Program-made: the position numbers and the translations under genes
Part shown: one piece after another, positions 57,728 through 64,000 of the stretch
Position numbering within the stretch: position 1 is the stretch's first letter
Layout of the letters: each line of letters opens with the position of its first letter
The notes under the pieces: model-generated
Told to the model about the DNA's origin: nothing
What the model saw: only the letters and a program-made list of their open reading frames with translations
Databases searched by the model: none
Source: Octopus vulgaris
Lineage: Eukaryota
Assembly (NCBI GenBank): GCA_951406725.2
Contig: OX597824.1
Location: 16,678,001-16,742,000, forward strand
Length of the DNA: 64,000 nucleotides
Reading direction: 5' to 3'

Positions 57728-57951
57728 CCCATTTCCTTCCGGTCTTTCAAAATGTGACCGCGTGTGTACCGTTGGCGATTTTTTTTCCTCTGTCTTCCCT
57801 TCTCTGGATCTTTCCTTCTCCTATGTTTCCGACGAAGAGCTCCGGTCGAAACTTTAAACCCTCCTTCTTTCCTTCTTTCCTGAGCGCCCAATAATACTAT
57901 ATTTGTTCCACGTCCTCGCGTTGTTGTGTTTTTTTGTGTTTTCTTGTTTGA

Positions 57952-57960
<9 letters not shown>
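57728..57960 (+). mobile_element. Paralog of 55981-56187 with a mutated hammerhead (57826-57858)
   Basis: TTT-CCGACGA-A-GAGC-TCC-GGTC-GAAAC-TTT-AAA. Confidence 0.8.
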
Positions 57961-57998
<38 letters not shown>

Positions 57999-58689
57999 CA
58001 AATAAAATATATATCACAAAAGAAGCATGCTCTAAAGAATAGACCAGTGATCATTACAACAAAAATTTTAATCATTTAACAGGCAAAATCCGAGAGTCTT
58101 CCTAAGTTGTGGACCTAACATGAAAAGCCTGCTATCTGCTTTAGCAACAATGTACCATCTAACAGCGATATTAGCAGTTTAACCAGATCTCTCGGCAATC
58201 TCCGCAGCCAGAGATGATGACCAGTCCGGGACCAGCATCACAGAAGACGTAACCGACGAACCCAGTGCCACCTCCAAAGACGACGATATAGCCATTATCA
58301 TAGACACAGATAGAGTGACCAGTCCCACACCATATATTACCACCAGTACAATCGCCACACCTAAAGATGATGACCAATCCAGGACCAGCGACACAGAGGA
58401 GGTATCAGGTGTTCCCAGTACCACCACCACCACCACTACAGATGTTGACCAATGGGATGACCGCCCACGACCATATGTTACCACGGTCCGCACTCGAACT
58501 AACACTGGCAGCTACATCGCCAACCATATGACCTGTAGTGATAAACACGGCGTGTGCACCGCCGGATCATTGCGCCATATCGACCGACTGCATCGGCGAC
58601 GGTGTTGCCAACTGCATCCCTAGGCCCGGAGCCTATCAGATTTATACCAGGAGTGCCAATATAGCCACATCTGTGTGTGTGATATTCTA

Positions 58690-59345
58690 GTTGATGGTGG
58701 GTGTTGTTCCTTGTGTTTTGCATATACGGCTGCTAATAGCTCGTTGGATCTCTTGGATCTCTTGGATCTTCATATTTTCTAGATAAGTTAGTAAAAGAAT
58801 TGCCTCTTTGGTTTGCCACCACTTCGTCAGATGATGTATAGTTCAGGTTTATGTTATTTGGTGTTATGGTTTTCCCATAGTTCTGTCTTCGTTGTTTGGT
58901 TTGAGGAGGTGAAGTGTGGTTGTATTTTGTTTTTCATTTGTTGTTGTTGTAGCACTCCTCTCTTGCACTTTATATTTATTTTTCGTTCGTTTTGTATCCT
59001 TCAGATGGTGGTAGTTGCATTATGGGTTCAGGCACATCCTTAGTGGCACAAAACTTTGGCACAGTTTAGGATGGAAGAAGATACATCCGTTGCCTTTTGT
59101 GGATCAATAGTTAGGATAAGGACCATGGACTCCCTATATGGTGGTAGTTGCATTATTGGTTCAGGCACATCCTTAGTGGCACAAAATTTTGGCACAGTTT
59201 AGGATGGAAGAAGATGCATCCGTTGCCTTTTGTGGATCAATAGTTAGGATAAGGACCATGGACTCCCTATTTAGGACAGTATTTGGGGTGAAAGTGAGAG
59301 CAGTCTTTTCGCGTTATACCATATAGACAGGTGCCCTTAACAAGT
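58690..59345 (-). pseudogene. Decayed CCCH zinc-finger ORF, probably LINE ORF1, with a 133-bp tandem duplication
   Basis: CSHFHPKYC...CIFFHPKLCQNFVPLRMCLNQ*CNYHH with stops; 59005-59137 repeated at 59138-59270. Confidence 0.55.
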
Positions 59346-59464
59346 CTACGGCATAAGGTATGATGGTAAAAACGACAGCCTCTCTAGTTGTTGGTGCCAC
59401 TGGAGCCAAATCTACAATTACCTTGACAATGGTAACGATAGGATTTTTGATGTGGGCATAGTAG

Positions 59465-59501
<37 letters not shown>

Positions 59502-60645
59502 TATATAAACATGTATAACTTCTGATTTGAGTGTGCATGTAACTGTGTGCGCGCGACCGCGTGTGAATATGTAAGTACACGTGTGTGTGTGTGTGTTTGT
59601 GGTTATTTTACGGAAAAATTTGTTACAATGTTGCTTCACTATCACTTACCAATCTATAATATTTCTTGTAACTGATATTTTGCTACAAAGTGTCCTATTC
59701 TTAGTTGGAATATATATATTAGATCTCTTCAGATATTTTTCACAATTCGCTCTCTTTTTCAATCCGTCTTGTATTTTTTCGCTATCTCTTGTTTCGTTGG
59801 TTGGATATTTATGCGATAAAAATATCGAAGAAAATTCTTTGCATGTACGGTTTCCGTAGCGTAAACTATATTTTCTTTGTGATGGGTGAGAATCTTCTGA
59901 AATCCAGTAGTATGCAACATTGCAGTGGTGATTTTCACTACTTGTCGCTTAAGTGTTTGTACGTTTTGCATTTCTCCAAGCCAGCAGCTTATTCCTCTTC
60001 TTAAATACTGGTTGTAGCCAATGTAGATGTAAGCCAAGTACAGTCAATCGAGTGGTTCCCTTGCAGTTATCATTAGAGATATGTATTCGACACACTGTTA
60101 AGAGCCGGTGAAGTAACTGATAACAGATATTTCTGTGAGTATATTTTAAATTTGCCTTTGTTGCATGAGAAGATAGCGCATTTAGTATACGGTTTTAGTA
60201 TTGCTCTGGAGTATTTCATGTGTCTATGTATTAGGAAGTGATTCTGATGCAATGACAAGCATTATATGAATCATTCTGGTCCAAGAAACTGTGATTCTCA
60301 CACGTCCAGATAGTCATTCCATATTTTTCTCTCTGGTGTGCTGACGGTTTGAGACGACTGTGATCTTATGTATGTTGTAAGTTATTGTCATTTGTCGTGA
60401 AGAGATTAGGTCGGCAATGCAGAACTTGGATAATCTATGATGGATTTAATATACTACCTCTACACCAAATAAACTTCCTTTTACTTGTTCATATCTTCCT
60501 TTGTACGAGCTCAAAATATTTTAAAGCTAGATACAATATCCATACCTATACCTCTATTAACTTTAATTTATTCAGAAAGATATTACTAGTTATACCTGGA
60601 ATTTCAAAGGTAAATGTCTATCATTCCACCTTCTCGGATGATTAA

Positions 60646-60732
60646 TTAACGTTTCGAGCCTACGCTCTTCCACAGAAAGAAACAAGGAGAGAAAATAATG
60701 AATGTGTAGTGGCTAGCGATTTATCATGGCGA
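60646..60732 (-). mobile_element. Copy of the 26645 element with variant hammerhead (60646-60678)
   Basis: Minus strand: TTT-CTGTGGA-A-GAGC-GTAG-GCTC-GAAAC-GTT-AA. Confidence 0.75.
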
Positions 60733-60742
60733 AATCCATTAC

Positions 60743-60869
60743 GATATACTGCCTGCTAGCCACACTCACAACAACCATAACGATGGCCATATCAAGGGCT
60801 CGATTTATAGTTGCCCTTGATATTGCCATCGTTGCGGTTGTTGTGGGTGTGGCTAACAGGCAGTATATC
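60743..60869. repeat. 57-bp inverted repeat hairpin, 13-nt loop
   Basis: 60743-60799 vs 60813-60869, 5 differences. Confidence 0.9.
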
Positions 60870-60913
60870 AAAACGAATTTAATTTTCATGAAATGTTGAT
60901 ATTTAAATGAGAG

Positions 60914-61540
60914 ACGGCGGTGAGCTGGCAGAATCGTTAGCACGCCGGACAAAATTCTTAGCAGTATTTCGTCTGTCGCTACGTTCTGAGTTCAAATTAC
61001 GCCGAGGTCGACTTTGCCTTTTTAATCCTTTCGGGGTCGATTAAATAAGTACCAGTTACGCACTGGGGTCGATATAATCGACTTAATCCGTTTGTCTGTC
61101 CTTGTTTGTCCTCTCTGTGTTTAGCCCCCTGTGGGTAGTAAAGAAATAAATAAGTATTTCGTCTGTCGCTACGTTCTGAGTTCAAATTCCGCCGAGGTCG
61201 ACTTTGCCTTTTTAATCCTTTCAGGGTCGATTAAATAAGTACCAGTTACGCACTGGGGTCGATATAATCGACTTAATCCGTTTGTCTGTCCTTGTTTGTC
61301 CCCTCTGTGTTTTAGCCCCTTGTGGGCAGTAAAGAAATAAGAATCGTTAGCACGCCGGGGAAAAATGTTCAGAGGCATTCCGTCCGTCTTTACGTTCTAA
61401 GTTCAGATTTCACAGAGGTCGACTTTATCTTTCATCCTCTCGGAGTCGATAAGATAAGTAACAGCTGAGAACTAGGGTCGATGTAATCGATTTAGCCCTT
61501 CTTCCGAAATTACTACATTTGTACCAAGATTTAAAACCAA
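60914..61540 (+). mobile_element. SINE family B dimer nested in the head of an older SINE B
   Basis: AGAATCGTTAGCACGCCGG duplicated at 60930 and 61340; diverged body follows to ~61540. Confidence 0.85.
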
Positions 61541-62173
61541 TATTTAAATAAGGGGAAACGATTCAAAAATCAATACCAACGCATCAATCCAGCATTCTTA
61601 TGTCTTCCGATATTCATATGAATTTCCCAAGAAACCAGAGAGTAATACCGTCCAATTTGAGAAACGCTGTACTATATCCCTGCAACACAATATATGTTAC
61701 GCATCTATTACCCTGGCATTTTCTCTACAATCGTAGAAAAACTATATGCAGATTTCGTGCTTCATGTATAATTTCGTGTCTAATGTATAATTCAATTGAT
61801 TTAACTTAAAATGTGCTCATATCAAAAAGCATTTACACGTTCGTTTTCTCTAAACCTTTATTCTGGAAATTTCACATTTTCTTCATATTCATATATCCAT
61901 TCAGTCACTCATTATTCATTCATGTAGTTATCCATTCAATCATCGGTTCGTTTATTCATTCGTTTATTCATATATTCTCATAAACAAGTTCTCACTCATT
62001 CATTTACATATTTGTTGTCCTCATTTATCGGATCAATTAGGCATTATTGACGAGGGGAATTTAAGAATTAATTAATTAATTAACAGCTTGATATAGTAAT
62101 TTATCAGTTAACTTATTCATATCACATTTCTGATGGCCCATTGTTTATGTATGTATGTATGTATGTATGTATG

Positions 62174-62217
<44 letters not shown>

Positions 62218-62272
62218 CACACATACATACACATATACAGACATACATACATATACACACACACACACATAC

Positions 62273-62323
<51 letters not shown>

Positions 62324-62529
62324 TACATATATGTATGTAAGTATGTAAGTACTCACCAACCCTTTTTCACATTTTTATGCACTTAGATAAGTAGATAATT
62401 AAGCCACACATTACTAAATTAATTAACTTAGATTTTACTTTTATTAACCGAAAATATAATTTACCAATTACTTTATTTACCGATCATTACATTAATTAAT
62501 TTATCTTCTTATTAATTACAAAAATAAAT

Positions 62530-63110
62530 TATTGGTTTGGCAACTAGGTTCCCGTGGGTTTTTTTTTTAATTTTGGAATTTATTGCATTTCAAAATTTTG
62601 GAATCTATTTTTTTCGAGAAATATACTTTTGAATCATTTTTTAATCTATTTTGCTTTTTTTTTCTAATTAATTCTAGTTAATGTTTGTTTATTTTCAGAT
62701 TATTAAAATGGAATGTCAACGAGCAATTTCGACACATCCTTCTTTTTGCTTTTAATCAAGGTTATAAGACCGCAAAAGTTGATCGCGACATTTGTGCTGT
62801 GTATGGAGAGGGCGCCATAGCTGAAAGAACCGCTTGTGATTGGTATAACAAGTTCAAAAACGAGAATTTTTATCGCAAAAATGCACCTCGTCCTGGCCAT
62901 CCAGTTGAGTTCGGTGAAGAGCGATTAAACTAACTTTTTCACGAAAATTCTCGTCAAACGACAAGAAAACTGGTAGAGAAATTGGAATGCTTCCACATTG
63001 CTATAGAAAAGCAGGTCTCCTTGATGGGGAAAGGTTGAGAAATAAGGAGCATGGATTCCGCATGCTTTAAGTGACAACAACAGAAATCAACGAGCCACAA
63101 TCATGGCTAC
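62530..63110 (+). mobile_element. Mariner relic (mellifera/cecropia-like), 5' half
   Basis: TIR-like TATTGGTTTGGCAACTA; FRHILLFAFNQG..DICAVYGEGAIAERT..WYNKFK..PRPGHP; WIPHALS. Confidence 0.85.
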
Positions 63111-63159
63111 CGAATATTTGTCACATATATATTTACAAATATATGTATATATGTATGTG

Positions 63160-63375
63160 TATATGTTTGTGCATTTGTGTTTGTCCGCCCCCAACATTGC
63201 ATGACAATCTATGCTGGTGTGATTACGTCACCTTAAACTGGCGGTTTGGCAAAAGAGTCCGATAGCATAAGTACTAGGCTTACAAATAATATGTCCTCGG
63301 GTCGATTGGCTCGGCAAAAGGCGGTGCTCCAGCATGGCCGCAGTCCAATGACTGCAAAAAAAATTAAAGTAAAAA
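63160..63375 (+). mobile_element. 3' half of SINE family A
   Basis: GGCAAAAGAGTCCGATAG..AAGGCGGTGCTCCAGCATGGCCGCAGTC. Confidence 0.8.
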
Positions 63376-64000
63376 GGAATATGTATATATACATATATGT
63401 GTGTTTGTGTGTGTGTGTGTGTATTCTGTTTCAAAGAATTTTAAGTCTTGATTTAAGGAAGGAGTTCATTTCGAACAAGATTATTCAGGACCAGAGAGTG
63501 TTGATACCGAAAACAGTGTCACATTTTGTACTCAAGAAAAGTTTTGCATAATTCTACTATTCCACTTACAGACTGGAGTTCTATGCGTGTAAACATCTCG
63601 ATTTCGTTTCGTGAAAATCCATCTTTTCCACACTATCTTAGAGGCAACTGAAAGGAAAAGATAGGGTTGATATAGAGAAGAGAGGTAAACTCGAGAAAGA
63701 TAATGAAGAAAGAAACTAAAAATACTAAGTACTTCTTAAATTAGCAATTCTTTAAATCTTTCATTCTTCCTCTTCTTTTACAGCCATGTAAAGGCTTTAG
63801 TCGAAGAATACGATTCCCGCTCTCACTTTTAAGCCTCATATTTATTCTATCGTTCGCCTCTTGTACAAATTACAGGGATGTAATTCCGGCTGCCGAGCAG
63901 TAATGAAGACAAACATTATGATACAAATACACAAGTAGATATATACATACGAATATACATACATATATGCATACATGCAGATATATATATATATATATAT

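Noticed and set aside
59600-60640. Possible decayed coding or TE sequence
   Set aside because: No recognisable motif found; the same applies to 12400-13070, 36300-36750 and 43440-44070

Overview
Repeat-saturated, AT-rich eukaryotic non-coding DNA. The repeat inventory resembles an octopus/coleoid cephalopod genome (my recollection of these families, not a database result). No host protein-coding gene could be supported; almost all ORFs in the track are microsatellite translations. The window holds three tRNA-derived SINE families, R4/Dong-type LINE fragments in (TAA)n, a decayed Penelope-like RT, an RTE-type C2H2 tail, a CCCH-finger ORF1 remnant, mariner relics and a MULE-like MITE. Main finding: at least 7 near-canonical and several variant or degenerate type I hammerhead ribozyme motifs in short non-coding elements, mostly within (TA)n. 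Several have a minimal palindromic stem III, an unusually long (54-59 nt) domain II, and covarying stem I. They are probably non-autonomous Penelope/retrozyme-like elements. Second finding: a SINE that grows in exact ~184-bp units starting at its anticodon-loop position, apparently by inserting into itself.
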